Source: Gemmatimonadota bacterium (GTDB lineage Bacteria; Gemmatimonadota; Gemmatimonadetes; Palauibacterales; Palauibacteraceae). From it: a stretch of 41,896 nt of DNA. The stretch spans positions 1-41,896 of the forward strand of contig JBDHAC010000068.1 in the NCBI GenBank assembly GCA_039588275.1, in the 5' to 3' direction. Shown here in pieces: positions 1 through 9,908 of the stretch. The notes under the pieces were generated by a model. It searched no databases and was not told the origin of the DNA. It was given only the letters and a program-made list of their open reading frames with translations. The position numbers and the translations under genes are program-made. How positions within the stretch are numbered: position 1 is the first letter of the stretch; every line of letters begins with the position of its first letter.

Positions 1-180
1 GTGGGTCGCGCGCCACCCACCTGCGGTGGGTACCCGTCTTGTGAGTCGAAGACAAGGAACGAGGAGGAAGGCGATACCTGAGCATCGTCGACGAGGAGAG
101 ACGCCGCATTCGGCCACAACCCCCATGCGCCCGGCGGGTTACGGCGGCCCGCTGGGGTTCTTCAGCAGCCTGCTAGAGTG

Positions 181-2832
181 ATGAGAACCGACGAGATCAG
201 ATCCCGCTTCATCGGCTACTTCGAGCGCAACGGGCACCTGCATCTGCCGAGCGGGCCGCTCGTTCCCGCCGACGACCCCACACTCATGTTCACCAACGCG
301 GGCATGGTGCAGTTCAAGCGCATCTTCCTGGGTGAGCAGGAGAGCCCCGGCCCGCGCGCCGTCACGGCCCAGAAGTGCCTGCGAGTATCGGGCAAGCACA
401 ACGATCTCGAGGAGGTCGGAAGCACGGCCCGGCACCACACCTTCTTCGAGATGCTCGGGAACTTCTCGTTCGGTGACTACTTCAAGGCCGAAGCGATCTC
501 GTACGCGTGGGAATTCATCACCGAGGAGCTGGGTCTCGAGCCCGACCGAATCTGGGCCACGGTGCACCACTCAGACGATGAGGCGCATCGTCTGTGGACC
601 GGGCTGACGCCCATCCCGCCGGACCGGGTGAAGCGGCTCGGCGACAAGGAGAACTTCTGGCAGATGGGGGATACGGGCCCCTGCGGTCCGTGCTCGGAGG
701 TGCATTACGATCTACGGGCCGAGCCCGGCGGCTCGCTCACCGACGAGGAGCTCCTCGCGGCCGGCGAGGCGGACCAGTTCATGGAGATCTGGAACCTGGT
801 CTTCATGCAGTTCGACCGGTCCGGAGATGGGACCGACACGCCGCTGCCCGCTCCCTCGATCGATACCGGGGCCGGACTCGAGCGCATCGCCGCGATTCTG
901 CAGGGGAAGCGCACCAACTTCCACACCGACCTCTTCCTGCCGTTGATCGAGCAGGCCGAAGAACTGCTGGGTGTGGAGTATTCCTTCGAGCCCGAACGCT
1001 GGGATGATGGACTGCCGTTCCGCGTCCTCGCCGACCACGCGCGGGCGGTGGCTTTTCTGCTCGCGGATGGCGTCTTCCCCTCGAACGAGAAGCGTGGATA
1101 TGTACTGCGGCGGATCCTGCGCCGCGCCGTGCGACACTACTGGCTGCTGGGGCACCGCGATCCGATGCTCCACGCTCTCGTCGATACGGTCGCCGACGAG
1201 ATGGCCGCCACCTACCCGGAATTGGATGCACGCCGGGAGCACCTGATCGGCACGACACGAGCGGAGGAGGAGCGCTTCCTGTCCACCATCGACGAGGCGA
1301 TGGCCCGCTTCGATGAGCTGGCGCCGGAGGGCGGCTCCGGGACGATCAGCGGTCGCGAGGTGTTCAAGCTGTCCGATACTTACGGCGTACCGCTCGACCT
1401 CACTCAGCTGATGGCCGCGGAGCGCGGATACGACGTGGACATCCCGGGCTTCGAGACGGCCCTCGAGGAGCAGCGAGCTCGATCGCGCGAGGCCGTGGGG
1501 CCATCGGATGCGGCGCACGCGGAGGTAGACGAGAAGTTGGCGAGCACCCTGCAGGCGCCCGAGGGCGCGCACGAGTTCGTCGGCTACGAGACGCTCGAGG
1601 CGTCCACGACGATATCGGCACACGCCCCGGTCGATGGCGAGCACGCCTTCATCCTGGCGCACGATCCGTTCTATGCGGAGAGCGGCGGACAGGTGAGCGA
1701 CACGGGCTGGGTCCGGGGCGAGGGCTGGGCGGTTCGGATCGAGCGCGTGTTCAAGAACGACGCGGGCCAGACCATCGTCGCGGGACCCGTCTCCGAGGGC
1801 ATCGTGCCCGAAGATGCCGGAGCGGTCGAGGCGGAGGTGGACGAGTCGCTACGCCGCGAGACGGAGCGAAACCACACGGCCACCCACCTGCTTCACGCCG
1901 CATTGCGCTCGCTCCTGGGCGAGCACGTCCACCAGGCGGGCTCGCTCGTCGCCCCGGACCGCTTGCGTTTCGACTTCAGTCACCGTGGGCCGCTGACCGT
2001 CGAGGAACAGGATGCCGTCGAGACGCGGGTGAACGAGTGGATTCTCGCCAATTCGGTCGTTCGCGCGGAGGAGCGCGCCTACACCGACGCGATCGAGGCC
2101 GGAGCGATGGCGCTGTTCGGCGAGAAGTACGGGGACGTCGTGCGCACCATCGTGGTCCCCGACGTGAGCCTGGAGCTGTGCGGAGGGACGCACGTCCGCA
2201 GCACGGGGCAGATCGGCCTCTTCAAGCTGGTGTCCGAGACGGGCGTGGCGGCCGGAATCCGCAGGGTCGAAGCGATTACCGGTAGCGAGGCGTACCGCTG
2301 GGTCGTGGATCGGGACCGCCTGATCTCGGATCTGGCGGGGCGCCTCGGAGTTCCGGAGCATGAGCTGTCGCACCGCGTCAAGCGGCTGCTGGAGGAACGA
2401 GATCAGCTGGAACGCACGGTCTCCTCGCGGCGCGGCGAGGCCGCGGCCGATGTCGTCCAGGAACTGCTGGCGGGCGCGGGACAGGATGGAAGCCGGTTCG
2501 TTTCCGGGCGGGTGGAGCTACCCGCTGGAGCCGACCTCGGAGAGCTGGGCGATCTCATCCGGGCCCGCCTGGACTCCGGAGCCGCGGTCATCCACGTCGT
2601 CGTGCCCGACGAAGAACGGGAGGCCTTCGTGTCGGTCGTCACGGACGACCTCATCCGGAGCGGGCTCAAAGCCGGCGATCTCGTGCGGGTGTCGAGCGCT
2701 GTGACGGGATCGGGCGGTGGCGGGCGGCCGCACTTCGCTCAGGGAGGGGTCGGCGATCCGGCTCGCGTCGACGAGGCCCTCGAGGAGGCGCGGGTTTGGG
2801 CCGTCGAGCGCGTGCCCGAGCTCTCGTCGTGA
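181..2832 (+). CDS. alaS: Alanine--tRNA ligase
   Basis: Motifs DPTLMFTNAGMVQFK, RHHTFFEMLGNFSFGDYFK and IDTGAGLER; editing-domain HTATH and ELCGGTH; C-terminal GGGGRPHFAQGG. ATG at 181, with in-frame GTG at 178 as an alternative. Confidence 0.98.
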   Translation: MRTDEIRSRFIGYFERNGHLHLPSGPLVPADDPTLMFTNAGMVQFKRIFLGEQESPGPRAVTAQKCLRVSGKHNDLEEVGSTARHHTFFEMLGNFSFGDYFKAEAISYAWEFITEELGLEPDRIWATVHHSDDEAHRLWTGLTPIPPDRVKRLGDKENFWQMGDTGPCGPCSEVHYDLRAEPGGSLTDEELLAAGEADQFMEIWNLVFMQFDRSGDGTDTPLPAPSIDTGAGLERIAAILQGKRTNFHTDLFLPLIEQAEELLGVEYSFEPERWDDGLPFRVLADHARAVAFLLADGVFPSNEKRGYVLRRILRRAVRHYWLLGHRDPMLHALVDTVADEMAATYPELDARREHLIGTTRAEEERFLSTIDEAMARFDELAPEGGSGTISGREVFKLSDTYGVPLDLTQLMAAERGYDVDIPGFETALEEQRARSREAVGPSDAAHAEVDEKLASTLQAPEGAHEFVGYETLEASTTISAHAPVDGEHAFILAHDPFYAESGGQVSDTGWVRGEGWAVRIERVFKNDAGQTIVAGPVSEGIVPEDAGAVEAEVDESLRRETERNHTATHLLHAALRSLLGEHVHQAGSLVAPDRLRFDFSHRGPLTVEEQDAVETRVNEWILANSVVRAEERAYTDAIEAGAMALFGEKYGDVVRTIVVPDVSLELCGGTHVRSTGQIGLFKLVSETGVAAGIRRVEAITGSEAYRWVVDRDRLISDLAGRLGVPEHELSHRVKRLLEERDQLERTVSSRRGEAAADVVQELLAGAGQDGSRFVSGRVELPAGADLGELGDLIRARLDSGAAVIHVVVPDEEREAFVSVVTDDLIRSGLKAGDLVRVSSAVTGSGGGGRPHFAQGGVGDPARVDEALEEARVWAVERVPELSS

Positions 2833-2843
2833 GTGCCGATTCC

Positions 2844-3218
2844 ATGATGACGGATCGGTCGGGCGCGAACGCCCGAGGTTGGCTGGAATCTCGCCTCGGC
2901 GACGTTCCGGAAGAGCTGGCGGCCGCGATACGGGCCGCACTCGGGGCGGTCGTGTCTGACTCCACGGGAACGCTGGCGGACGCCCTCGCCGATGCGGCAC
3001 TCGCGGAGCTGGACTCGGTCCTCGGGGCCACGGAACGTGACCGGCGCACGGCCCTCAGGTTGCTCTCGGCGGACGCGTTGCTGACTTACGCGTTCGAAGC
3101 TGCCGCCGACCCGGCGGTGGGCGGCAGCGCGACGCTGGCCGAGAGCCTTGCCGAGCGAATGGGTCCTCGGGGTGCTCTCGGGGGCCGCATCGCCGCGATC
3201 GAATGTCCGGCCGAGTAG
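2844..3218 (+). CDS. Small all-helical hypothetical protein containing a prenyltransferase-like helix (TALRLLSADALLTYAFE)
   Basis: Fills the gap between alaS and the SDR. ATG-ATG at 2844/2847, GC3-rich codons, 16-nt overlap with the next gene. Confidence 0.75.
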   Translation: MMTDRSGANARGWLESRLGDVPEELAAAIRAALGAVVSDSTGTLADALADAALAELDSVLGATERDRRTALRLLSADALLTYAFEAAADPAVGGSATLAESLAERMGPRGALGGRIAAIECPAE

Positions 3219-4003
3219 CGCGCCTCCGACTCCCCGGGCTGGCCGGAAGGCGGGTGCTCGTTACCGGCGGCTCGCGCGGGATCGGCCGGGCCACCGTGGT
3301 GAGCCTCGCCGAGGCGGGGGCGTCGGTCGGCCTCTCGTACCACAGCGCGCACGAGGAGGCCGAGCGCGCGGTGGAGGACGCCCGCGCCGCGTGCGAAGCG
3401 GCACCCTGCGAGGTGAAGCTGTGGAGCGAGGCGGGCGATCTGAGCCACGAAGCCGACGTCGAGCGCCTGTTCGCCCGGGTAGATGTCGAGTTCGGCGGAC
3501 TGGATGGTTTTGTCGGAAACGCGGGCGTGTGGAACTCCGCCGCGACTCCGCTGTCGGAGCTGGGACCGCGCCAATGGCGGGAGATGGTCGACGTGAACCT
3601 CACCTCGATCTATCTGACGACGCGCGCTGCGGTGAAGCGCATGGGTGAGGGGGGTCGCGTCGTCCTGCTCTCCTCGACGGCCGCTCAGCGCGGCGAGGCC
3701 GAACACAGCCACTACGCGGCGACGAAAGGGGCGATCAACTCGTTCTGCAAGTCCATCGCGACGGAGCTCGGACCCAGGGGGATCACCGTCAACGCGGTGG
3801 CCCCGGGGTGGGTGGACACGGACATGAGCGCTTCGGTCTTGCGAACGCCGGCACTGGAACGCGTCATCTCCGAGATTCCTCTCCGCCGCGTGGCTACGGC
3901 GGAGGATGTTGCCGGACCGATCTGCTTCCTCCTCAGCGATCTCGCCCGGCACCTGACCGGGGAGGTCGTGAACGTGAACGGAGGCAGCGTCCTCTGCGGC
4001 TGA
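3203..4003 (+). CDS. Short-chain dehydrogenase/reductase (FabG-like SDR)
   Basis: TGGSRGIG cofactor motif, NAG, catalytic YAATK, VNAVAPGWVDTDM, C-terminal TGEVVNVNGG. Confidence 0.93.
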   Translation: MSGRVARLRLPGLAGRRVLVTGGSRGIGRATVVSLAEAGASVGLSYHSAHEEAERAVEDARAACEAAPCEVKLWSEAGDLSHEADVERLFARVDVEFGGLDGFVGNAGVWNSAATPLSELGPRQWREMVDVNLTSIYLTTRAAVKRMGEGGRVVLLSSTAAQRGEAEHSHYAATKGAINSFCKSIATELGPRGITVNAVAPGWVDTDMSASVLRTPALERVISEIPLRRVATAEDVAGPICFLLSDLARHLTGEVVNVNGGSVLCG

Positions 4004-4027
4004 GGCGATGGACGCGCAGATCCGCGG

Positions 4028-5341
4028 ATGACTGACGGAAGCGATCGACCCGCACTCGACCCTCCGGCCGACTTCAAGTGGGTGGCCGACACGCTGGAGT
4101 CGCACGGGTTCGAGGCGTGGGCCGTGGGAGGCGCTCTGCGCAACCCCTCCGCGCGCGACCGGGATTGGGACGTGGCCACGAGCGCGCGTCCGGACGACGT
4201 GCGGCGCATCTTCCAGCGCACCGTGCCGATCGGCATCGAGCACGGCACGATCGGCGTGCTCGCACGCGACGGTGCCATGTACGAGGTGACCACGTTCCGC
4301 CTCGATGTCGAGACGGACGGCCGCCATGCGGTCGTTTCGTTCGCCGACACGATCGAGGAAGATCTCGCGCGCCGCGACTTCACCATCAACGCGATGGCCT
4401 GGCGACCGGCGACGGACGAATGGCGTGACCCGTTCGACGGTCACGCCGATCTCGCACGAGGCGTGCTTCGCGCGGTGGGCGATCCGGCCGCCCGGTTCGC
4501 CGAGGACTACCTGCGGGTCCTCCGCGGCCTCCGCTTCGCGGGGCATCTGTCCCTCGAGATCGATCCGCCAACGCGGGACGCGCTGGAGCAGGCCGTGCCC
4601 GGGCTCGAGCGGCTGTCGGCTGAGCGCGTGCGGGAGGAGCTCTTCAAGGTGCTGGATGACCCGGTGCCATCGAGTGCCTTGAGCCTGTACGGCGAGGCAG
4701 GCGCGCTCTCGGCGTGGTACCCGGAGCTCCAGGCGGTAGCGGCGGATCCGGAGGTGTGGCCGCGAGTCCTGAAGGCCGTCGATGTGATCCCGCCGCACCG
4801 AGCGATCCTCCGATGCGCGCGCTGGCTGCTCCCGATCGGGGAGGATGGCGAGGGGCGAACGGACCGGGCAAAGCCGCTGCTCGACCGGCTGAAGTTCTCG
4901 AACGCCGACGCCCGTCGGGTTCTCCACCTGCTGCGTCACTATCAGCCGTTCATCGGTCCGATGGACTCGGCCGCCCAGCTCCGCCAGTGGCTGGCGGAGG
5001 TGGGCCGCGATGCGGTGCCGGATCTGTTCCGTCTCCACTTCGCGGATGCCAGGGCGAGCGCGGAGCCGCAGATGCAGGCCTATCTCGTTGCCGCCTGGCG
5101 CAGCGTGCACGACGAGATGTTGACCGCCCCGCCGCTGACGCTGGCCGACCTCGCGATCGGAGGCGACGAGCTCCTCGCGCTCGGTGTCCCGAGGGGTCCG
5201 TTGATCGGGCTGCTGTTGGACGAGCTGCATGCGCAGGTGCTTGAAGACCCGGACCTCAACGAGCCGGCCGCGCTCGCGGCGCGCGCTCGGGCGTTGATCG
5301 AGCCGGGAGGGCTGCTCGGGCGCGAGTCCGAACATGCCTGA
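4028..5341 (+). CDS. cca: Class II tRNA nucleotidyltransferase (CCA-adding enzyme / poly(A) polymerase family)
   Basis: VGGALR..DWD catalytic motif, EVTTFR, DLARRDFTINAMA, templating RFAEDYLRVLR, LSAERVREEL, C-terminal LAIGGDELLALG. Confidence 0.88.
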   Translation: MTDGSDRPALDPPADFKWVADTLESHGFEAWAVGGALRNPSARDRDWDVATSARPDDVRRIFQRTVPIGIEHGTIGVLARDGAMYEVTTFRLDVETDGRHAVVSFADTIEEDLARRDFTINAMAWRPATDEWRDPFDGHADLARGVLRAVGDPAARFAEDYLRVLRGLRFAGHLSLEIDPPTRDALEQAVPGLERLSAERVREELFKVLDDPVPSSALSLYGEAGALSAWYPELQAVAADPEVWPRVLKAVDVIPPHRAILRCARWLLPIGEDGEGRTDRAKPLLDRLKFSNADARRVLHLLRHYQPFIGPMDSAAQLRQWLAEVGRDAVPDLFRLHFADARASAEPQMQAYLVAAWRSVHDEMLTAPPLTLADLAIGGDELLALGVPRGPLIGLLLDELHAQVLEDPDLNEPAALAARARALIEPGGLLGRESEHA

Positions 5342-6737
5342 CGAGCCGAGCCTTTTCCCCGAGGACGCGGCGGGCCGCGCTACCCCGGGCGGCCGGGCGC
5401 CGCGCGACGAGCCGGCAGTCGGAGTGTCGGCATCGCTCGACCTCTCGGCGCCGCTCGCCGCCCGCATGCGACCGCGATCGCTCGATGAGTTCGTCGGTCA
5501 GGAGGACCTCGTGGGCCCCGGCCGTCCGCTCCGCGAGCTGATCGAGTCCGGTCGGGTCCCGAGCCTCATCCTGTGGGGTCCTCCGGGGAGTGGGAAGACG
5601 ACCCTGGCGGGTCTGCTGGCCGCCCGCGCGCACGCCACGTTCGTTCCATTCAGCGCCGTGACCGAAGGAATCCCGCGCGTCCGTCAGGTGATCGCCGAGG
5701 CGCGCGAGCGACGCGGAGCCAACGGGCGCGGCACGGTCTTGTTCGTGGACGAGATCCACCGCTTCAACCGCGCTCAACAGGATGCGCTGCTCCCACACGT
5801 CGAGCGCGGGACCGTCACACTGATCGGAGCGACGACGGAGAATCCCAGCTTCGAAGTGGTCGGACCCCTGTTGAGTCGAACGCGCGTGCTCGTCCTGTCC
5901 CCGCTCAGTCCGGACGAATTGGAGGAGATTTGCCGCCGCGCGCTGGCGGACGACAGCCGCGGCTTGGGTGCGCGCCGGACATCGATCTCGGTCGAGGCCC
6001 TGAGCCGGATCGCGACCGAGGCCGACGGCGACGCGCGCCGAGCCCTCAACGCGCTCGAGACCGCGGTCGAGCTCGCGGGCGATCGCGAGGTCGAGGTATC
6101 GCACGTGGAAGCCGCGCTCCAGAAGCGGTACGCGCGTTACGACAAGTCGGGCGAGGAGCACTACAACCTGATCTCGGCGCTGCACAAGGCGGTGCGCGGC
6201 TCCGACCCCGATGGGGCCCTGTACTGGCTGTCACGCATGCTGGAGGCGGGTGAGGATCCCATGTATCTGGCGCGCCGCCTCGTGCGCATGGCGACCGAGG
6301 ATGTCGGACTCGCGGATCCCACGGCCTTGTCGATATGCGTAGCCGCTCGCGACGCGTACCACTTCCTGGGATCCCCCGAAGGCGACCTCGCGCTCGCGCA
6401 GGCAGCCACCTACCTCGCGCTGGCTCCGAAGTCGAACTCGGTGTACGAAGCGTTTGGCGCCGCGCGTGGGGCCGCTCGCGAAACGCCCGCCGAGCCCGTG
6501 CCGCTCCATCTCCGAAACGCGCCGACCAAGCTCATGCGTGACTTGGGCTATGGGCGGGACTATCGGTACGATCACGCGTATGAATCGGGGGTCGCACCGC
6601 AAACGTACTTGCCCGATGCCGTGGCCGGTCGCCGCTTCTACAAGCCCCTGGATCGGGGGTGGGAGAAGGAGGCGCGCGAACGCATGAGCGGGGTGGCCGC
6701 CGAGCGTGCCGGCCCGCCGCCCGCGGAGGATGAATGA
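5334..6737 (+). CDS. rarA: Replication-associated recombination protein A (MgsA/RarA AAA+ ATPase)
   Basis: PLAARMRP, Walker A GPPGSGKTT, FVDEIHRFNRAQQDALLP, GATTENPSF, HYNLISALHKAVRGSD, PVPLHLRNAPT. Confidence 0.96.
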   Translation: MPDEPSLFPEDAAGRATPGGRAPRDEPAVGVSASLDLSAPLAARMRPRSLDEFVGQEDLVGPGRPLRELIESGRVPSLILWGPPGSGKTTLAGLLAARAHATFVPFSAVTEGIPRVRQVIAEARERRGANGRGTVLFVDEIHRFNRAQQDALLPHVERGTVTLIGATTENPSFEVVGPLLSRTRVLVLSPLSPDELEEICRRALADDSRGLGARRTSISVEALSRIATEADGDARRALNALETAVELAGDREVEVSHVEAALQKRYARYDKSGEEHYNLISALHKAVRGSDPDGALYWLSRMLEAGEDPMYLARRLVRMATEDVGLADPTALSICVAARDAYHFLGSPEGDLALAQAATYLALAPKSNSVYEAFGAARGAARETPAEPVPLHLRNAPTKLMRDLGYGRDYRYDHAYESGVAPQTYLPDAVAGRRFYKPLDRGWEKEARERMSGVAAERAGPPPAEDE

Positions 6738-8077
6738 GAGATAGGTCCGGACGCCGTAGCCAATCCGCCCCCGATCGCGCGAGCGTGACCCCCCTCCGGG
6801 GGCGCTCCGAGCGCGCCGTGCTCGTGGCGGCGCCGCCGCTCGACATGCCTCAGGCGATGGTCGACGAGCACCTCGCGGAGCTCGCCCGGCTGGCCGAGAC
6901 GGCGGGAGCGGAGGTGGCGACCGTCGTGGTGCAGCGACTGAGCGCTCCCCACGCGGGCACCTACATCGGGCGCGGGAAGATCGAGCGATTGCGCGAAGTA
7001 GTCCGCTCCGAGGGTGCGACCCTGGTGCTGTTCGACGAGGATCTCTCCCCGGCTCAGGGCTCCAACCTCGAGTCGAGCCTGGGGACGCGCACGATGGACC
7101 GCACGGAGCTCATCCTGGACATCTTCGCTCTGCGGGCCCGCACGGCGGAAGCGAAGCACCAGGTCGAGCTTGCCCAGCTCAGATACCTCCGCACCCGCCT
7201 CAAGCGCATGTGGACGCACCTGTCGCGCATGGAGGGTGGTATCGGCGCGCGAGGCCCGGGTGAGCAGCAGATCGAGACGGACCGCCGGCTGATCGATCGC
7301 CGTATCGCGCGCCTCACGCGCGATCTCGTGCAGATCTCGCGTGCACGGGACACCCAGCGGAAGGCGCGTCGCGAGGCGTTTACCGTGGCGCTCGTGGGCT
7401 ACACCAACGCCGGAAAGTCGTCGATCCTGCGGGAACTTTCAGGGAGCGAAGTGTTCGTGGAAGACCGCCTGTTCGCGACGCTGGACTCCGCCACCCGGGT
7501 GTGCGACCTGGGGCAGGGGATGGAAGCTCTCGTGACGGACACGGTCGGGTTCATCCGCAAGCTGCCCCACCACCTGGTCGCTTCCTTTCGCGCCACGCTG
7601 GAGGAAGTCACCGATGCGGATCTGCTCCTCCACATAGTGGACGCTTCGTCACCGGGCTGGGAGGAACAGATGGAGGCGGTACAAGAGGTATTGACCGAGG
7701 CGGACGCCGCCGATCGACCGATCCTCCTCGTCCTCAACAAACTGGACCGGTTGACGCACGCGGAGGAGGCGGACCTGCGCCGGCGCTGTGAAGCGTTCCT
7801 CGGGCCCCACGTCTACAGCTCCGTCATGGAGGAAGACGGGCTGGAGCAGCTGCGCGCGGTGCTCCGCGACATCTTCCGCTCGCGCCTGGCCACGGTTCGG
7901 GTCAGCTTTCCCGCCGCGGACGGGCGAACTCTCGCGGAAGCGTATCAGGAAGGCGAAGTGCTGCAACGCGAGATGGCCGAAGGACGTATTGTCCTCACCG
8001 CTCGGGTGCCCGAAGCCACGGTCGGGCGCTGGCGGGCGCAAGACGGAATCGAAGTCAGCCGAGCCGACGCCGCGTGA
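6734..8077 (+). CDS. hflX: Ribosome-splitting GTPase HflX
   Basis: LILDIFA..A, QVELAQLRY, G1 GYTNAGKS, G2 LFATLD, G3 DTVG, G4 NKLD. ATGA overlap with rarA. Confidence 0.96.
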   Translation: MRDRSGRRSQSAPDRASVTPLRGRSERAVLVAAPPLDMPQAMVDEHLAELARLAETAGAEVATVVVQRLSAPHAGTYIGRGKIERLREVVRSEGATLVLFDEDLSPAQGSNLESSLGTRTMDRTELILDIFALRARTAEAKHQVELAQLRYLRTRLKRMWTHLSRMEGGIGARGPGEQQIETDRRLIDRRIARLTRDLVQISRARDTQRKARREAFTVALVGYTNAGKSSILRELSGSEVFVEDRLFATLDSATRVCDLGQGMEALVTDTVGFIRKLPHHLVASFRATLEEVTDADLLLHIVDASSPGWEEQMEAVQEVLTEADAADRPILLVLNKLDRLTHAEEADLRRRCEAFLGPHVYSSVMEEDGLEQLRAVLRDIFRSRLATVRVSFPAADGRTLAEAYQEGEVLQREMAEGRIVLTARVPEATVGRWRAQDGIEVSRADAA

Positions 8078-8161
8078 TCGCGTCCAGGAGCCGGTAGGTC
8101 CAGGACGGCCGCGCTCAGAGGAGGCTTGCGGGTTCTTCCGCAGCCTCCCAAGGAAACGAGT

Positions 8162-9145
8162 ATGAGCGGTCAGCTGACAATCATCGGAGCCGGGCGGGTC
8201 GGGCTTTCGCTGGCGTTGGACCTGGCGACTCCGCTCCGCTTCGAGCGCGTCACCGTTATCGGCCGAGCCCGCGAGGTCCCACCGTCGCTCGGCTCCCGGA
8301 CCGACATCGCGTACCGCTCCGTATTCCCCGGCAAGCTCGTACCGGATCCCCCGCTCTTCGAGGAAGCGCTGGGCGGCAGCCTCATATTCTGTGTGCCCGA
8401 TGACGACCTCGGTCCCGTGGCTACAGCATGGAGTGAAGCGCTGCACCCGCATGGCCCCGAGGCCGTCAGGCACGCGGTCCACACGAGCGGCCTCCACACG
8501 TGTGATGCGTTGGGGTCGCTGCGCGCCTCCGGAGCCTCCCTCGCAAGCTGGCACCCGATCATCGCCCTTTCCCGCCCCAGGCGTGGCGCGTTTCGCCTCA
8601 TCACGTTCGGCGTCGAAGGGGACTCGGATGCGATCGCGTGGGTCCGGTCGCTCGCACAAGACCTGGGCGCTGAATCGATCCTGGTGGACCCGAACGCGAA
8701 GTCTCTGTATCACCTCGCGGCCGTGTACGGCTCCAACTACCTGGTCGCGTGCCTCGCCGTCGCGTGCGCCCACCTCCAGGAGAGCCTCGTCGCTACCGGC
8801 GGCGACGCGTCCGAGCAGGGTGGGCCTGACCGACCCGACGTCGAGATCGGCCTGCGACACCTGCTCCCTCTGGCCCGCTCGGCGCTCGAGAACCTCGCGG
8901 CGTCGGGACTCGCCGCCGGAGCGACCGGGCCGGTCACGCGGGGGGATGTGGGGACGATCGAGCGTCATCTCGAAGCCCTCGACCCCCGCGCTCGGAGCCT
9001 GTATCGTCTTCTCGGCGCCGAGCTGCTCCGGTTGCTCGAGGCGCAGCTGCCCGATGACGTGCGGGCTCAGATGAGCGAGCTTCTGGGAGTGGGCGAGGGG
9101 AGGGAGTCGTCCCCGGGGGAAGGGAGAGCCGTGGATGACGAGTGA
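8162..9145 (+). CDS. Rossmann-like + DUF2520 domain oxidoreductase (PanG-like candidate ketopantoate reductase)
   Basis: [48 protein letters not shown] at 8162 follows AGGAAA. Confidence 0.85.
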   Translation: MSGQLTIIGAGRVGLSLALDLATPLRFERVTVIGRAREVPPSLGSRTDIAYRSVFPGKLVPDPPLFEEALGGSLIFCVPDDDLGPVATAWSEALHPHGPEAVRHAVHTSGLHTCDALGSLRASGASLASWHPIIALSRPRRGAFRLITFGVEGDSDAIAWVRSLAQDLGAESILVDPNAKSLYHLAAVYGSNYLVACLAVACAHLQESLVATGGDASEQGGPDRPDVEIGLRHLLPLARSALENLAASGLAAGATGPVTRGDVGTIERHLEALDPRARSLYRLLGAELLRLLEAQLPDDVRAQMSELLGVGEGRESSPGEGRAVDDE

Positions 9146-9908
9146 GGCGTTTGCGGAGGTGACCGGAATCCGGCTGTGCGTGAACCTGGACCACGTCGCG
9201 ACGGTCCGGCAGGCGAGGCGCGCGGATGAGCCGGATCCCGTGCGCGCGGCCGTGCTCGCGGAGCTCGGCGGCGCCGATGGCATCACGGTCCACCTGCGCG
9301 ACGATCGGCGTCACATCCAGGATCGTGACGTGCGCCTGCTCCTCGAGACCGTCAGAACGTTCGTGAACCTGGAGCTCGCCGCCGCCGACGAGATCGTCGC
9401 TCTCGCGGAAGAGTGGCGCCCCTACGAGGTGACGCTCGTTCCCGAGAGCCGCCAGGAGGTCACGACCGAGGGTGGGCTGGATGTGGCCGGATCCGAAGAG
9501 CGCCTGCGAGGTGCGATCCCTCGTCTGAGCGCGGCGGGAATCCGGGTCTCGCTGTTCATCGACCCGGATCTCGAGGCGATCGACAGATCCGCCGAGCTGG
9601 GCGCCGATGCGATCGAGCTGCACACGGGAGAGTACGCGAACTCCCCCGGTACGCGGGCTGCCAGAGCCGAGTTGGAACGGCTCGCCGAGGCGGCGCGTCA
9701 CGCTCGTGCCGCCGGCCTGGCGGTGCATGCGGGCCACGGTCTCACGTACGAGAACGTCCACCCGGTCGCGGCCCTGCCCGAGTGCGAGGAGCTCAACATC
9801 GGCCATTCGATCATCAGCCGTTCCGTGTTCGTCGGCGTCGAACGGGCCGTACGGGAGATGAAGGAGCGGGTGCTGCGGGCCCGCTCCACCGCCGGAGTTC
9901 CGCGCTGA
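9135..9908 (+). CDS. pdxJ: Pyridoxine 5'-phosphate synthase
   Basis: [64 protein letters not shown]. Confidence 0.97.
   Translation: MTSEAFAEVTGIRLCVNLDHVATVRQARRADEPDPVRAAVLAELGGADGITVHLRDDRRHIQDRDVRLLLETVRTFVNLELAAADEIVALAEEWRPYEVTLVPESRQEVTTEGGLDVAGSEERLRGAIPRLSAAGIRVSLFIDPDLEAIDRSAELGADAIELHTGEYANSPGTRAARAELERLAEAARHARAAGLAVHAGHGLTYENVHPVAALPECEELNIGHSIISRSVFVGVERAVREMKERVLRARSTAGVPR

Noticed and set aside
3086..5467. 793-aa minus-strand ORF and many other long antisense or alternate-frame ORFs (e.g. 7649-9286, 20422-22656, 25846-27270, 35760-37190)
   Set aside because: Shadow ORFs opposite well-supported genes. They are expected at this GC content and have no recognisable motifs.
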